Source of the DNA: a virus
Strand: one strand, 5' to 3'
Virus record (IMG/VR): IMGVR_UViG_3300021400_000072
Length of the DNA: 64,000 bases
Under the pieces are notes generated by a model that was not told the DNA's origin, ran no database searches, and worked only from the letters and a program-made list of their open reading frames with translations. Position numbers and translations under genes: made by a program. This document shows, in pieces, positions 18,346 through 28,935 of the stretch (its first letter is position 1; each line of letters starts with the position of its first letter).

Positions 18346-18405
18346 TGGGTAGGTTTTGTGGTATAATCGGCGCGGGTCAGAGACCGCGCGCCGCTGATTG
18401 TTAAA
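18346..18405 (+). promoter_or_regulatory. plus-strand consensus promoter TTGACA-N17-TATAAT followed by GC hairpin (first intergenic module)
   Basis: TTGACAttgggtaggttttgtggTATAAT then GCGCGG-gtcagaga-CCGCGC. Confidence 0.5.
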
Positions 18406-18429
18406 ATTTTAACAGTATGTAGATATAAA

Positions 18430-18465
18430 AAAAAACAGGCGTTACCGCCTGTTTAAATCTATTAA
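18430..18465. terminator. bidirectional terminator at the left end of the early minus-strand block
   Basis: A9 ACAGGCG-ttac-CGCCTGT TTTAAAT. Confidence 0.6.
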
Positions 18466-18614
18466 AGAAAAATCAAAACCCATAATGAAAGCAAGAATTG
18501 CATCTGCTATAAGAATGAGAGGCCAAAGGGGTGTAGGTTCACGAAAGTAGAATGTAGAGACCGTACATAAAACAAAAAACCATACAACGCATCTAATCAT
18601 GGAAAGAAACATTT

Positions 18615-18803
18615 TTAAATCTCCTTTAAAATGTGAATATAGCCGAATCGGAAAAGGACTTTATAAAAGTCCCATCCGATTCTAATTTTATCTTTTTCTT
18701 TTGTTGGTAGTTTAATTATTTTCATCATTTTTAAATATCCATTCATTATAAATATTATCGGAAGAAGCAAGTATGTCGCAATATTTGGAAAAAGGACAGT
18801 CAC
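18615..18803 (-). CDS. small hypothetical protein (62 aa)
   Basis: ORF. Confidence 0.35.
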   Translation of the reverse strand: MTVLFPNIATYLLLPIIFIMNGYLKMMKIIKLPTKEKDKIRIGWDFYKVLFRFGYIHILKEI

Positions 18804-18872
18804 AGCAAAAATCTGTTTCTTGACATGCTTCTTTTATAATTTCCATACCTTTTTTCATTTTATCAATCCAAT

Positions 18873-19091
18873 TCATCTGCTTTTCTCCCTTGCAATATCA
18901 CTAAACTTGTACCAGATACCGCCGTCATCTTCCCAATACTTCTGCAATTCATCATAAGGAATAAACTTCTGTGCAAACATGATAACACCAAAAGCCTGTG
19001 CACGACAGTTCATAACCATATCAGCAGAAGAACATCCTTTTGCCTGAATAAGCATCTTTTCTACAAATTCTCTAACATCATTCATTGTCAT
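18873..19091 (-). CDS. small hypothetical protein (72 aa)
   Basis: ORF. Confidence 0.45.
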   Translation of the reverse strand: MTMNDVREFVEKMLIQAKGCSSADMVMNCRAQAFGVIMFAQKFIPYDELQKYWEDDGGIWYKFSDIAREKSR

Positions 19092-19093
19092 AA

Positions 19094-19309
19094 TTATAAC
19101 CCCCTGTTGATTGTGAGTCTGGCGAACAGTTTACAAATGTAAACCCATTCCTTATCATCAAGGGCAAAAAATTCAAAATCATCTTCATAAGGAGAATCAG
19201 GAATACCTGTAAGAATCCATGCTCCATAGATAGATTCATCTCCCAGATTGATTATATAATTATGCATACCTTTAAGAAGTTCTACTCTTGTTTTTTGAAG
19301 TTCTGTCAT
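19094..19309 (-). CDS. small hypothetical protein (71 aa)
   Basis: ORF, translationally coupled to 18873..19091. Confidence 0.45.
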   Translation of the reverse strand: MTELQKTRVELLKGMHNYIINLGDESIYGAWILTGIPDSPYEDDFEFFALDDKEWVYICKLFARLTINRGL

Positions 19310-19490
19310 GTTATTTCCTTTCTGTGCTTTCCTCTTGACAATTATTATTATATCAGATTATCGGGAAAATACAATAGGTAATGTTGTACAAAAATGCGGA
19401 TTGATTTTTGTTGAATACTACGTATTGACAAAAATTCGGCGCTGACACAATGGTCAGCGCCCCGACCATTTTCTGGAAGGGGCGTTGCTA

Positions 19491-19709
19491 TTAATCCTCA
19501 AGTAGTTTTTTTGTTACGAGTTCTCTTACACGGTTTTCCATTTCATTAATCTCTTTTTCATTATAGTAAAAGAAATCATCAGCTTTATCAAGTCCTTCAA
19601 AACAGTCACAGATAGCATTATTGCAATCTTCCGCAATAATTTCAAGAACTTCATTAACAATTTCATCAATGTCAATATTAATATCAATAGAACTAATCTT
19701 AAATACCAT
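19491..19709 (-). CDS. small acidic hypothetical protein (72 aa)
   Basis: ORF. Confidence 0.45.
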   Translation of the reverse strand: MVFKISSIDINIDIDEIVNEVLEIIAEDCNNAICDCFEGLDKADDFFYYNEKEINEMENRVRELVTKKLLED

Positions 19710-19720
19710 ATTTACCCCCT

Positions 19721-19924
19721 TTAGAACTCTTTAAAAATTTCTTTCTGACAATCAGGACATAAACCAGAGATAAAACGCTCACGGTCAGTAGGCGACATGT
19801 GCGGAAAAGCATCCTGTACAAGTTCGCCAGACTGATAGCTAAGATATTGTTTCATTTCAACAGTAAGCATGTGGTATTCACCACACATGGGACATTTAAA
19901 ACCGATAGAGATAGGAAATTTCAT
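19721..19924 (-). CDS. small zinc-ribbon protein (67 aa)
   Basis: CPMCGEYH...CPDCQ. Confidence 0.5.
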   Translation of the reverse strand: MKFPISIGFKCPMCGEYHMLTVEMKQYLSYQSGELVQDAFPHMSPTDRERFISGLCPDCQKEIFKEF

Positions 19925-19936
19925 ATTTACCCCCTT

Positions 19937-20233
19937 TTAAATAAAACTAAAGTCACTGAAGTCATCAAGTTCATAAGGCTGTTTGTAATATTCTGAAGCA
20001 TCGACCATTTCAGGGTCAATGTCATATTTAATTCTGATATGTGCTTTACGAAGTTCTTTGTATGCTTCCTCAAAAGCATCAATCAGTTTCTGTCGTTTAA
20101 TATCTTCTCTTTTATCCTTTTCTCTTTCGAGTGTGTGAATAGCGGAAGTTAGTTCCGCAATGCTAATATCAATATCAGCATCATCCTGTTTACATACTTC
20201 ATTGATAAAAGTAAGAAGTGCTTTGTTTTCCAT
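19937..20233 (-). CDS. hypothetical protein (~98 aa)
   Basis: Likely start is the internal ATG (MENKALL) with RBS GGAGAAC; the ORF-track start at 20272 overextends. Confidence 0.45.
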   Translation of the reverse strand: MENKALLTFINEVCKQDDADIDISIAELTSAIHTLEREKDKREDIKRQKLIDAFEEAYKELRKAHIRIKYDIDPEMVDASEYYKQPYELDDFSDFSFI

Positions 20234-20905
20234 ATTGTTCTCCTTTAAAAGAATATAAAATAGCAGATACAAACAATGCCTACTTTAACTGTAAGAGACT
20301 GAAAAATTTTATCCAACCAATCAAAGTCAGAATCAAGAATAGAATATGTTTTACTGATAAAAGACATTTCCATAGCAACCGAAAAAATAATAAACATAAT
20401 CATTCTCATATCCATTTTGTTTTCTCCTTTCTTGTTGATAATATAAGTATATCAGATTATAGGAAAAATACAATGTACAGATTGCACAAAAAATCAAATG
20501 AAAATTTGTTGATTATGTCTATTGACTTGAATTTTGGCGCGGCTGGGTTGTAGCCGCGCCAGCCATAGATTGACTGACGCTTTTATTTACCTCTCACTCC
20601 ATGCCATAACAAATGCCGCAAGAACTACACAAAAAATTACAAGAGTACCAATGTGAGGTTCAGAACCAGGAAGAGTATAATACATCATTTTTTATCCTCT
20701 CTTTCATCTTCATACTGATTACAAGCAAAAACGCACATATCACCAGAATCGCAAATATCACAATCACTACATTTGTTTTTAATATCTTTTTTCTTGCAAG
20801 TGTAGCAAAGACAGTTTTCAAAGTATGAACCACATTTACACATTTTTTTATTTCCTTTCTTTTGATAATATCATTTTATCAAATTTTTTATTTTTTGTCA
20901 ATACT

Positions 20906-21199
20906 TTATTCTGAAGTATCGACACCGCAAAGTCTCATAGTCATAGCGATACAAGTAAAAGCGAAAACTCCCATATCATTAGGAATAGCGTTATAAACAT
21001 TAGGGTAAAGTCTTTTAATTCCAGTGAGAAACATTCCACCCCAGTTTCCGCCACATGCTGAGCAATGGTCAAGAAAAGCCTTTGTATTTCCATTAAAAGG
21101 ATTAACAGTAAAAGCGGCTTCAATAACTTTTTTGCCATCTTCTCCCCAATTTTCAACAAGATAGTTCTGTGCTTCAATAATCATATCGTATGTAATCAT
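20906..21199 (-). CDS. hypothetical protein (97 aa)
   Basis: ORF. Confidence 0.45.
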   Translation of the reverse strand: MITYDMIIEAQNYLVENWGEDGKKVIEAAFTVNPFNGNTKAFLDHCSACGGNWGGMFLTGIKRLYPNVYNAIPNDMGVFAFTCIAMTMRLCGVDTSE

Positions 21200-21546
21200 G
21201 CTTTATTCTCCTGTTCGTTAATAGCATCTGACAAATGATAACAAGATTCATAGGGATTAGTTTCAATAGCTTTTATCATAGAATCCATATCCCATTCAAT
21301 TGAAATAATATTTTGAAGGGGATACATAATTCCTGCATCGTCTTTTATGTAACCATTCTTTTTAATAAAAAGCATAAGATATTCAGGAATAGAACAAGTA
21401 ATACTATCGGGATTTATATGAGAAAAATAAGAATATTTATGCTTTTCATTATCAATAGTAGTAAAAGATACAGTATAATGAATAGCTGTTACAATATTTT
21501 TTTCTCCATAAATCTTTTTGTATAACCATTTATTAATATTAAACAT
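21196..21546 (-). CDS. hypothetical protein (116 aa)
   Basis: RBS AGGAAAGGAGAT before ATG; extended -10 TGATATAAT upstream. Confidence 0.5.
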   Translation of the reverse strand: MFNINKWLYKKIYGEKNIVTAIHYTVSFTTIDNEKHKYSYFSHINPDSITCSIPEYLMLFIKKNGYIKDDAGIMYPLQNIISIEWDMDSMIKAIETNPYESCYHLSDAINEQENKA

Positions 21547-21729
21547 TTTTTATCTCCTTTCCTCTTGACAATTATTATTATATCAGATTATAGGAATAAA
21601 ACAATAGGCAAAATATACAAAAAATGGATGAAAAATTTGTTAAAAGTGATGTATTGACAAAAAAATGGCGCGCGTGGGTTGTACGCGCGCCAAAAAAGGC
21701 TACCACCTTTTACAGTGGTAGCCTGTGTG

Positions 21730-22128
21730 TTACTCTGCTTCATCGTCCGCAGGTTCAGCATCAGGGGCAACAAACTCGACCCCCTTAACAGCGTACAGAG
21801 TGCGCTTCTTGTAAACGTGTCTCTGTGCCTTGTCAGCCTTAATCAGCTGACCCAGGAGCGCACCCATCTTCTGCGGAGACAGGTCTGCCAGACGCTCGTC
21901 TGCCATAATATCTGCCATAGGCATGAACTCCTCTGCTTCCGCAAGAATCTCAAGGATGATACCCTTCAGAGTCTCGTTAACCTTCTGAGTCTTAGTCATG
22001 CCACCCTTGCTACTTCTCTTTGCAAGCTGTGCGGTCAGGGCGTTCAGACGCTCAACTGCTTCTGCGTTAGTGTCACCAATAGCGGTGATTGCGATTGCCA
22101 GTGCCTGTGCGTAAGTCATGTTAGTCAT
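21730..22128 (-). CDS. hypothetical protein (132 aa), paralog of 24880..25284
   Basis: Similar over the whole length to the product of 24880..25284; own promoter TTGACA-N17-TATAAT at 22160-22205 and tandem terminators at 21666-21725. Confidence 0.6.
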   Translation of the reverse strand: MTNMTYAQALAIAITAIGDTNAEAVERLNALTAQLAKRSSKGGMTKTQKVNETLKGIILEILAEAEEFMPMADIMADERLADLSPQKMGALLGQLIKADKAQRHVYKKRTLYAVKGVEFVAPDAEPADDEAE

Positions 22129-22697
22129 AGTGTACTTCCTTTCTTTGAATGAATGTTTTGTTTTATCTTATGTATTTATTATAGCAAAGTTTTTTTTGTT
22201 TGTCAATAGTTTTTTTATTTTTTTCATTTTTTTCGGGGAGAAGAAGCGGTGACGTCAATCCGCTTCCGTTTACCCCTGCCCGTATTTATGTCATAGCGGA
22301 CGGGCTTCCGCTTAGCTACAAAATCGCATTCACTTAATATCCTTTCCTGACCTGTTTTCTAAATATATTGTAGCATAGATGTTGTTCCGTGTCAAGCCTT
22401 TTTTAGTAATTTTTTTTAGGTTTCGCTTTGCGGTCGTTCCATGGCACTAACGGCAAAGGTACTTTTCGGGGCTGTGCTGACCGTCTTGACTGTCGGCCCT
22501 CTCCCTCTCTCATTTTGTAATTAAATTATATCAGAAATTTTTTAATTTTGCAAGTACGAATATCGGGAAATTTTTTATCGTAAATTTGTTTAAAAAAATG
22601 CTTGACAAAAAGGCTCGGAGTGTGGTATAATTGAATTTTTGGCGCGCATCGACCGATGCGCGCCCGACCAGTTTTTTATACCAGTCGGGCGTATTTT

Positions 22698-22892
22698 TTA
22701 TTCTTCTATTTTAAGAGAATCTAAAATATAATTATATAAATGAATATAATCATTATTATCCATAACAGAAAGAGCTTTTTCTCCAAAAAATTTTGCCATA
22801 GCACAATAAATAGCATCTGATGCTTCATTGATAAGACTGTTAGAATTAAAACCAACTGAAAAGATATTTTTTTCTGCCTCATAATTAAACAT
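22698..22892 (-). CDS. small hypothetical protein (64 aa)
   Basis: ORF. Confidence 0.4.
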   Translation of the reverse strand: MFNYEAEKNIFSVGFNSNSLINEASDAIYCAMAKFFGEKALSVMDNNDYIHLYNYILDSLKIEE

Positions 22893-22896
22893 TTTT

Positions 22897-23118
22897 TTAT
22901 TTCCTTTCCTCTACTAAAACTAATATGTAATCAGTAATATCTTTAATAAGATTATTATAATCTTTAATTACAGTAGAATGGTCTGCAATATCTAATTCAT
23001 CAATTTCTAATCCTTCACGAATATCATTTTCAATAACATTAAGGGCATTTTCTGCGATTACCTGAATATCAAGAACAGACTCTCTAACAACAGTAACAGT
23101 GGTAACTCTCGGTTTCAT
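22897..23118 (-). CDS. small acidic hypothetical protein (73 aa)
   Basis: ORF. Confidence 0.45.
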   Translation of the reverse strand: MKPRVTTVTVVRESVLDIQVIAENALNVIENDIREGLEIDELDIADHSTVIKDYNNLIKDITDYILVLVEERK

Positions 23119-23348
23119 TTATTTTTTCTCCTCTCTTGTTGATAATATAAGTATATCAGATTATAGGAATAATACAATAGGCAAAATAACCAAAAATTGA
23201 AATGAAAAATTATGCAATATTCCGATATTGACAAAAAACGCCGCGCGACAAAGGAGCGCGGGCCGCCCATTATATCACTTCCCGCTCAGGCTGTCAAGAG
23301 GTAATTTTTCACAAAAATAGCAGGTTGCTTTTGTGCAACCTGCTGATT

Positions 23349-23738
23349 TTACTTTTTCGGGGGACGATGCTTGACAAGTTTCACCGTGTACGAATTACCG
23401 TTAAAAGTGAACGAAAATTCCGCTTCGTTCTTGACACTGGAAACGATACCGCCGAACGCTTCAACCGCTGTTTTAATGGCAGTCAGTAGACCGCCTTTTT
23501 CCGCATCGACCTTGCGTTCTCTGACGACCTTTTTGCGTTCCTTATCCGACTTTTCGTAGCGTCTGCCGACCTCTTTAGCTTTTTTAGTCATGGCTTCCGC
23601 TTCCTCGTTTTCTGTGTAGTCATGGTCATCCAACCAGACTTCAATGGCTTCCTCTTTGGGAATGTCAAGGCTGACCATAAGTTTTTTAATATCCCCATCG
23701 GGGATATTAATATCTTTACCGTTGAAATTATATTTCAT
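23349..23738 (-). CDS. hypothetical protein (129 aa)
   Basis: ORF. Confidence 0.5.
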   Translation of the reverse strand: MKYNFNGKDINIPDGDIKKLMVSLDIPKEEAIEVWLDDHDYTENEEAEAMTKKAKEVGRRYEKSDKERKKVVRERKVDAEKGGLLTAIKTAVEAFGGIVSSVKNEAEFSFTFNGNSYTVKLVKHRPPKK

Positions 23739-23793
23739 GGCGTACCCCTTTCTTTATTTTCTAAAAAAATTTTATCATAAAATTTTTTATTTG

Positions 23794-24489
23794 TCAAGTA
23801 GTAAACAACCGATATTCCATTTTTTTATGCTGTTTAAAGCAATGCACCATAATTTTAGTTTCAATTAAAACGTCCTCAAGTCCAGTATGGGATTCATCAA
23901 ATGTGTTATCGCCTGAAATATACCTAAAAAGGATTTCAGCGGTCAACCGAACTTGTGGAACTCTATGTTTTGTCATGTATCCATTCTTTTCACAAAACCG
24001 TCTATAACTTTTCTGTTTTCCGATTGTCTGGCGTGCCATCTTCAAAGTGTCCCAAATTTCCATATTATAAGGGAAAAAGAAACGCTTTTTTGATTTATAT
24101 ACCCAACGAATAGTGTTAGTTAAGGCTCTCCAATCAAAATGTGCATTGTGGGCGAAAATTGCCTTTACACCATATTCTTTTAAATCTTCCCAAAAGGCAT
24201 TATACATAGTCTGGAATCTAACCAGTTTCCGCTGTCCGCTTTTAACCTGTTCCCAATACATAGGGATTTTATCAGCATAATAGGCGGATACCATAACGTC
24301 TTTCATGGCTACAAAAACCTCATAAATCAAGAAAGAACGTTCTTTATAAATGTTACCTCTTTTGTCAGTAATAACCCAACCAATGTCATAAACAAGTGAC
24401 TGTGATAAATCCAATTTATCCCCGTCAAGAATAATGCCGTTGCAAGTTTCAGTGTCAAGACCCATAAGGTATTTAATTCTTTTATCCAT
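23794..24489 (-). CDS. DEDDh-family 3'-5' exonuclease (DnaQ/RNase T-like)
   Basis: Exo I GLDTET, Exo II FAHNAHFDWRAL, Exo III ESHTGLEDV. True start MDKRIKY with RBS AGGAGATAGA; the ORF-track start at 24561 runs through the promoter. Confidence 0.7.
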   Translation of the reverse strand: MDKRIKYLMGLDTETCNGIILDGDKLDLSQSLVYDIGWVITDKRGNIYKERSFLIYEVFVAMKDVMVSAYYADKIPMYWEQVKSGQRKLVRFQTMYNAFWEDLKEYGVKAIFAHNAHFDWRALTNTIRWVYKSKKRFFFPYNMEIWDTLKMARQTIGKQKSYRRFCEKNGYMTKHRVPQVRLTAEILFRYISGDNTFDESHTGLEDVLIETKIMVHCFKQHKKMEYRLFTT

Positions 24490-24532
24490 TCTATCTCCTC
24501 TTGTGTGCTGTTCCTTGTTCCTTACAAGTATT

Positions 24533-24693
24533 ATTATAAGGGATAGCAAGCGGAAATGCAAGCAAATTTTTTAAAAAATCTGCACAAAATTCGGGATTTT
24601 AAATGATGAAACTTTGTGCAATTTTCCTATTGACAAAAAGCTGGCGGTATGGTATAATGGAAAATTCGCCGCGGCCCGAAGGACCGCGGCGCA
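24533..24693. promoter_or_regulatory. intergenic module (representative copy)
   Basis: Reading left to right: minus -10 TATAAT 24533-38, minus -35 TTGCAT 24556-61, inverted repeat TGCACAAAA(24581)..TTTGTGCA(24620), plus -35 TTGACA 24630-35, plus -10 TATAAT 24653-58, GC hairpin CGCCGCGG-cccgaagga-CCGCGGCG 24668-93, then an A-run. Confidence 0.55.
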
Positions 24694-24764
24694 GGCAAAA
24701 AAAATAGGGCCTGGAATATTCCAGGCCCACACACAGAAAGGAGGACAAATAAAAGTCAGTCAAG

Positions 24765-24837
24765 TGTGCCCGAAGGGACTTGAACCCTCGACCCTTTGAT
24801 TAAAAGTCAAATGCTCTACCAACTGAGCTACGGGCAC
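24765..24837 (-). tRNA. tRNA-Lys(TTT), second copy
   Basis: GTGCCCG-TA-GCTC-AGTTGGTA-GAGC-A-TTTGA-CTTTTAA-TCAAA-GGGTC-GAGGG-TTCAAGT-CCCTT-CGGGCAC-A. Confidence 0.85.
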
Positions 24838-24879
24838 ATAAGCGGTTTTGATAAGGGAGACCGCAAACTCCCCGACAGA

Positions 24880-25284
24880 TTAGGCGTCCTCGCCCTCTGC
24901 TACCTCGGCATCAGGAGCAACAAACTCTGTACCTGCGATAGCGTACAGAGTACGCTTTTTATAGACGTGGCGAACAACCTTATCAGCCTTTACAAGCTGA
25001 CCGAGCAGAGCACCCATTTTCTGAACAGACATACCCTCGGGCAGACGGTCATCCGCAAGCAGGTCTGCCATAGGGACGAAGTCCTCGAACTCTCCCAGAA
25101 TATCAAGGATAACTGCCTTGATTTCCTCGTTGGCTTTCTGGGTCTTAGTCATCCCGCCCTTAGTACCACGCTTTGCAAGCTGTACAGTGAGAGCGTTAAG
25201 ACGCTCAACAGCTTCAGGATTTGTATCACCGAGAGCCTTGATTGCGATTTCGATTGCAGTTGCATAAGTCATCTGATTTGCCAT
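24880..25284 (-). CDS. hypothetical protein (134 aa), paralog of 21730..22128
   Basis: Similar over the whole length to the product of 21730..22128. Confidence 0.6.
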   Translation of the reverse strand: MANQMTYATAIEIAIKALGDTNPEAVERLNALTVQLAKRGTKGGMTKTQKANEEIKAVILDILGEFEDFVPMADLLADDRLPEGMSVQKMGALLGQLVKADKVVRHVYKKRTLYAIAGTEFVAPDAEVAEGEDA

Positions 25285-25856
25285 AGTATTTTTCTCCTTT
25301 TTGATGAATGAATTTGTTTTCTTTACTTTATGTATTTATTATATCATAAAGTTTTTTCTTTGTCAAGGCTTTTTTAAAAGTTTTTTTTAAATGATTGACC
25401 AGAGCCTTACCCCGTAGCCGTAACCATTTATTTTCTTTTCCTTACCTTGTAAAGATATTATATCAAAAATTCTTGTCTTTGTCAAGAACTTTTTATTTTT
25501 TTCGTAAGCATGGCGCCGATGCTTACTACCTTTTATCTCTTTTAACGCCAAAGAGAATGGACAGGTAATCCTTGAAACGCCATTTAGTCTATTTCCTTTT
25601 CCTTTTAAAGGTGGCTCTCAAATGGTAATCTGCCGAAACAAGGAGATATTCTTTTAATTCCTCTCTCCCTTGGAACAATTATATTATACTAAAATTTTTT
25701 AAAAAACACAATATCGGAATATTGCACAAATTATGGGATCTGTATTGATGTAAGTTTGTGCAGATTTCCACTTGACAAAATCTCCAGTGTGTGTTATAAT
25801 GGAATTTTCGCCGCGGCCTGAAGGACCGCGGCGCGAGCAAAAAAGGAGAGCCTTAC

Positions 25857-26033
25857 AGCTCCCCCCAGTTAACAGAATTTTTAATAACACGTTTATCTTG
25901 TCTACGTGCGGAACGTTTAAACTGTTTACACAGTTTACGGTATTCCGCACGAGTATAAAGAATACCTACTTCTTTAACGTCCAGACCCCAAACAGACCAA
26001 TTTTTCGCAGTACCCTTTTTAAAATAATCCATA
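25857..26033 (-). CDS. small basic protein (58 aa)
   Basis: ATG at 26033, TAA at 25857 overlapping a hairpin + T6 terminator. Confidence 0.4.
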
Positions 26034-26043
26034 TTTTTCTCCT

Positions 26044-26493
26044 TTATGCAATCAGAGCCGACAGAGCCGGAATAATATTTTTATTAGCGTTGATAGTGTC
26101 TCCCAGTGTCCAGCCCTTGCGAACCTTCTCATTGTCATCTACAAGAATCTGAAAACCGCCATGCTTACGAGTGCAGTTCGCTTTAGTTGTTCCATATTTT
26201 ACAATATGGATTTCATCATAGGGGAAATCATAGCGGTGAAGCCAATCAATTTTTGCCTGCCTGACTTTAGCATCATATTCGGGAGAAGATTCTTTAGAAA
26301 GCCACGAGGTCACAGCGATTCTCCAACCGTCATTTTTAAGTACCCACAAGATAGCTGTCAATAACACCATGTCATAAAGGGGAGTAGCTTTTTCATACGG
26401 TGTGGGGTCTTCCGCCCTAAGCATCTGAAGCCATCCATTCACCCCATAAGTGTTAGCAAGAGTACCATCCATATCAAATACAAGTGTTTTCAT
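26044..26493 (-). CDS. HAD-superfamily hydrolase (phosphatase/nucleotidase-like)
   Basis: Motif I FDMDGTL near the N-terminus, later LVDDN. Confidence 0.6.
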   Translation of the reverse strand: MKTLVFDMDGTLANTYGVNGWLQMLRAEDPTPYEKATPLYDMVLLTAILWVLKNDGWRIAVTSWLSKESSPEYDAKVRQAKIDWLHRYDFPYDEIHIVKYGTTKANCTRKHGGFQILVDDNEKVRKGWTLGDTINANKNIIPALSALIA

Positions 26494-26561
26494 TTTGTTA
26501 TTTCCTTTCTTTTTGATGATTATATATTATCACACTTCGTGGAATTTGTCAATATATTTTT

Positions 26562-26807
26562 TTAAAAATTTTTAATTTTATGAATGTAATTATCACATTT
26601 TTCTTTATTAAATGGTTCAAACCTATTCCAGAATTCTCTCTCTGTAAAATAATTGCAAACATGGGCCTCCTGATTGGAGTCAACAAAAACATGCCAACAA
26701 CCACCGCAAAAATCAGAAGTACAAAACCAGAATGTCTGTCCTGTCGTAGATTCAGTTACTCTTGTCATAGCATTGCCATATTTATTAATTAAAGTCAGCA
26801 TATTCAT
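26562..26807 (-). CDS. Cys/His-rich small protein (82 aa)
   Basis: Start MNMLTL at 26807; the ORF-track 169-aa version runs through the promoter module. Confidence 0.45.
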   Translation of the reverse strand: MNMLTLINKYGNAMTRVTESTTGQTFWFCTSDFCGGCWHVFVDSNQEAHVCNYFTEREFWNRFEPFNKEKCDNYIHKIKNF

Positions 26808-27009
26808 TTCCTTTCTGTTGCTTTCCTCTTGACAATTATTATTATAAGCGATAGAGAACCAATTTTCAAGTTGGAATACTGCACAAATTTCGGGATCCAA
26901 AGAATTGAAAGTTTGTATAAAATACCTATTGACTTTTTTCTGGCGGTGTGATATAATGGAAATTTCGCCGCGACCCTGCGGACCGCGGCGCAGGCAAAAA
27001 ACAGAGGGT

Positions 27010-27192
27010 TTACACCCTCTGTCCGCCCTGGCGGATGAAACAGCCGGAGCACTCATAAGAGCCCTCTCCAACTGCCTTGATACCGTTCAGGTCAAGGATA
27101 TAGAGACCTGTAGCCTCGATTGCCTTGCGGATGACTGCGACCTTGTTAGAGGAAGCGTTAACAGTGACGATATAAGATGCAAAATTCATCAT
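27010..27192 (-). CDS. small hypothetical protein (60 aa)
   Basis: ORF. Confidence 0.4.
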   Translation of the reverse strand: MMNFASYIVTVNASSNKVAVIRKAIEATGLYILDLNGIKAVGEGSYECSGCFIRQGGQRV

Positions 27193-28008
27193 AGTGATAT
27201 TCTCCTTTTCTGATGGTAATTATTAATTGAAATGTGTCCATCCTACCAGCCTAGGGGTTCCAGACACTCCCCGTATGTTGCCTCATCTCACATTTATATA
27301 CCGCAAAGTAGGACTTCGGCTTGCGGTGGTGGGTCTTTGTTAGGAAGACTTACTGCGACAACTAGGCGTCTTGGGTTCTTTTCCCTTGCTTCCATCCCTC
27401 ATCTTATGTATTTATTATAGCACCTTTTGGTAACTATGTCAATACTTTTTTTAAAATTTTTTCAATCTTTGTGGTCCTGACCCGTGAGGTAGATTGAAAA
27501 CCCAGAGCGGTTTATGTCGTGTCCTCGTCGCCATAGCACGGCTTTTTGTTTATTGAGGAGTTTGCTCTCCTCATTTGATGATTATATTTTATCATCTTTT
27601 TTAATATTTGTCAAGGGGTTTTTCCTTTATTTTTGATTTTTTTATGAGCGTTCCGACCTCTATGAGGTAACTGTTGGTTTAAGCTCTCCCCTTGACAATT
27701 ATTATTATAAGCGATAACCATTAAAAATGCAATAGGTAATAATGCACAAATTACGGGATCAAAAAAGATTATTATTTGTATAATTTTCCTATTGACAAAA
27801 AGCTGACGGGTGTGATATAATGATTTTTCCGCGCGCCCCGGAGGAACGCGCGGCGAGCAAAAAAGGACAGCTAAACTGTCCTTAAAATTTTGGCGGTTAG
27901 GATGCGCTCCCGTTTTTATCTAACCTTTAATCATCTTCGTTAGTGACGCTCCTATGAACAATTTCTAAACATAGGGTCTTCTAACTTGCATCCAGTGGAA
28001 CCAATTTT

Positions 28009-28197
28009 TTAAATTGCCTTAGGACGTTTCCGAGGATGAATCCGTCCCGATTTGATGGCTTCCGCCATAAACTTCTCTTTAGCTTCAACTTCATCTGGCG
28101 GAGTAATCTCTACCAGTTTAACAAATCTCTCAGGAGCAGGCAGGTCCTTAATATCGTTGAAGCAAAAAAGTCCATTTCCATAAACAACTTTTCTCAT
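28009..28197 (-). CDS. small hypothetical protein (63 aa)
   Basis: Start MRKVVYG at 28197. Confidence 0.4.
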   Translation of the reverse strand: MRKVVYGNGLFCFNDIKDLPAPERFVKLVEITPPDEVEAKEKFMAEAIKSGRIHPRKRPKAI

Positions 28198-28264
28198 AGT
28201 ATTTTCTCCTTTTGTGTAATGTTTTCTCTTGATGATTATTATTATATCACAGTTTAGGAAAAAG

Positions 28265-28447
28265 TCAATACATAATGTAAAGTTTTTTCCCATCTTTTGA
28301 TTTCCACATTTCCAGACCTTTGTTATTAAAGCCGAGGAAGATAACAGGGATATTCAAGACGTAAAGAGGCTCAACTTTAATATCAGGATTAAGACCAAAT
28401 TTTTTAATGACAGTTTTCAGTTCTTTATCAGACATAAGTTTTCTCAT
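28265..28447 (-). CDS. small hypothetical protein (61 aa)
   Basis: Start MRKLMSDK at 28447. Confidence 0.4.
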   Translation of the reverse strand: MRKLMSDKELKTVIKKFGLNPDIKVEPLYVLNIPVIFLGFNNKGLEMWKSKDGKKLYIMY

Positions 28448-28731
28448 TTTTATCACCTCTCGTTCTATTTCTATTCGCCGTATGGGGAGCACCACTGGTT
28501 CATGTAGGTGGCAGATACCTGAGCCTCATCTTGGCTCGCTCCCCTTGACAATTATTATTATAAGGGATACGCCTAAAAAACGCAATAGGCAAAATGTACA
28601 AAATTCGGGATGGATCTTTGTGCAGTTTTTTCAAAAAAACGCTTGACAAAAATGGCGGCGGTATGGTATAATGGAACTTCGGGCCGCGGCGGGGAGAAGC
28701 AGTCCGCCGCGGCCCGACCAAAAGATGAGGA

Positions 28732-28935
28732 TTATTCATCCTCATCTTCATAATCATAATCCCCCTCAAAAGCCTTGACGATAAGTTTGGTGCGTTCAGT
28801 AATATCTGCATATGGATTTTTTTCAATCTCTTTACAAAACCAGATAACGCTTGGATGTTCCAACCCGAATGTCTGCATCATAAGGTCCATAGCACGTTCG
28901 TTCAGTTTCTTCTGTCTGTCCATTTCTTTTGTCAT
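28732..28935 (-). CDS. small acidic hypothetical protein (67 aa)
   Basis: ORF; terminator hairpin overlaps the stop. Confidence 0.45.
   Translation of the reverse strand: MTKEMDRQKKLNERAMDLMMQTFGLEHPSVIWFCKEIEKNPYADITERTKLIVKAFEGDYDYEDEDE

Noticed and set aside
25699-25950. 83-aa minus ORF
   Set aside because: Runs through promoter and hairpin DNA; the real gene is the shorter 25857..26033.
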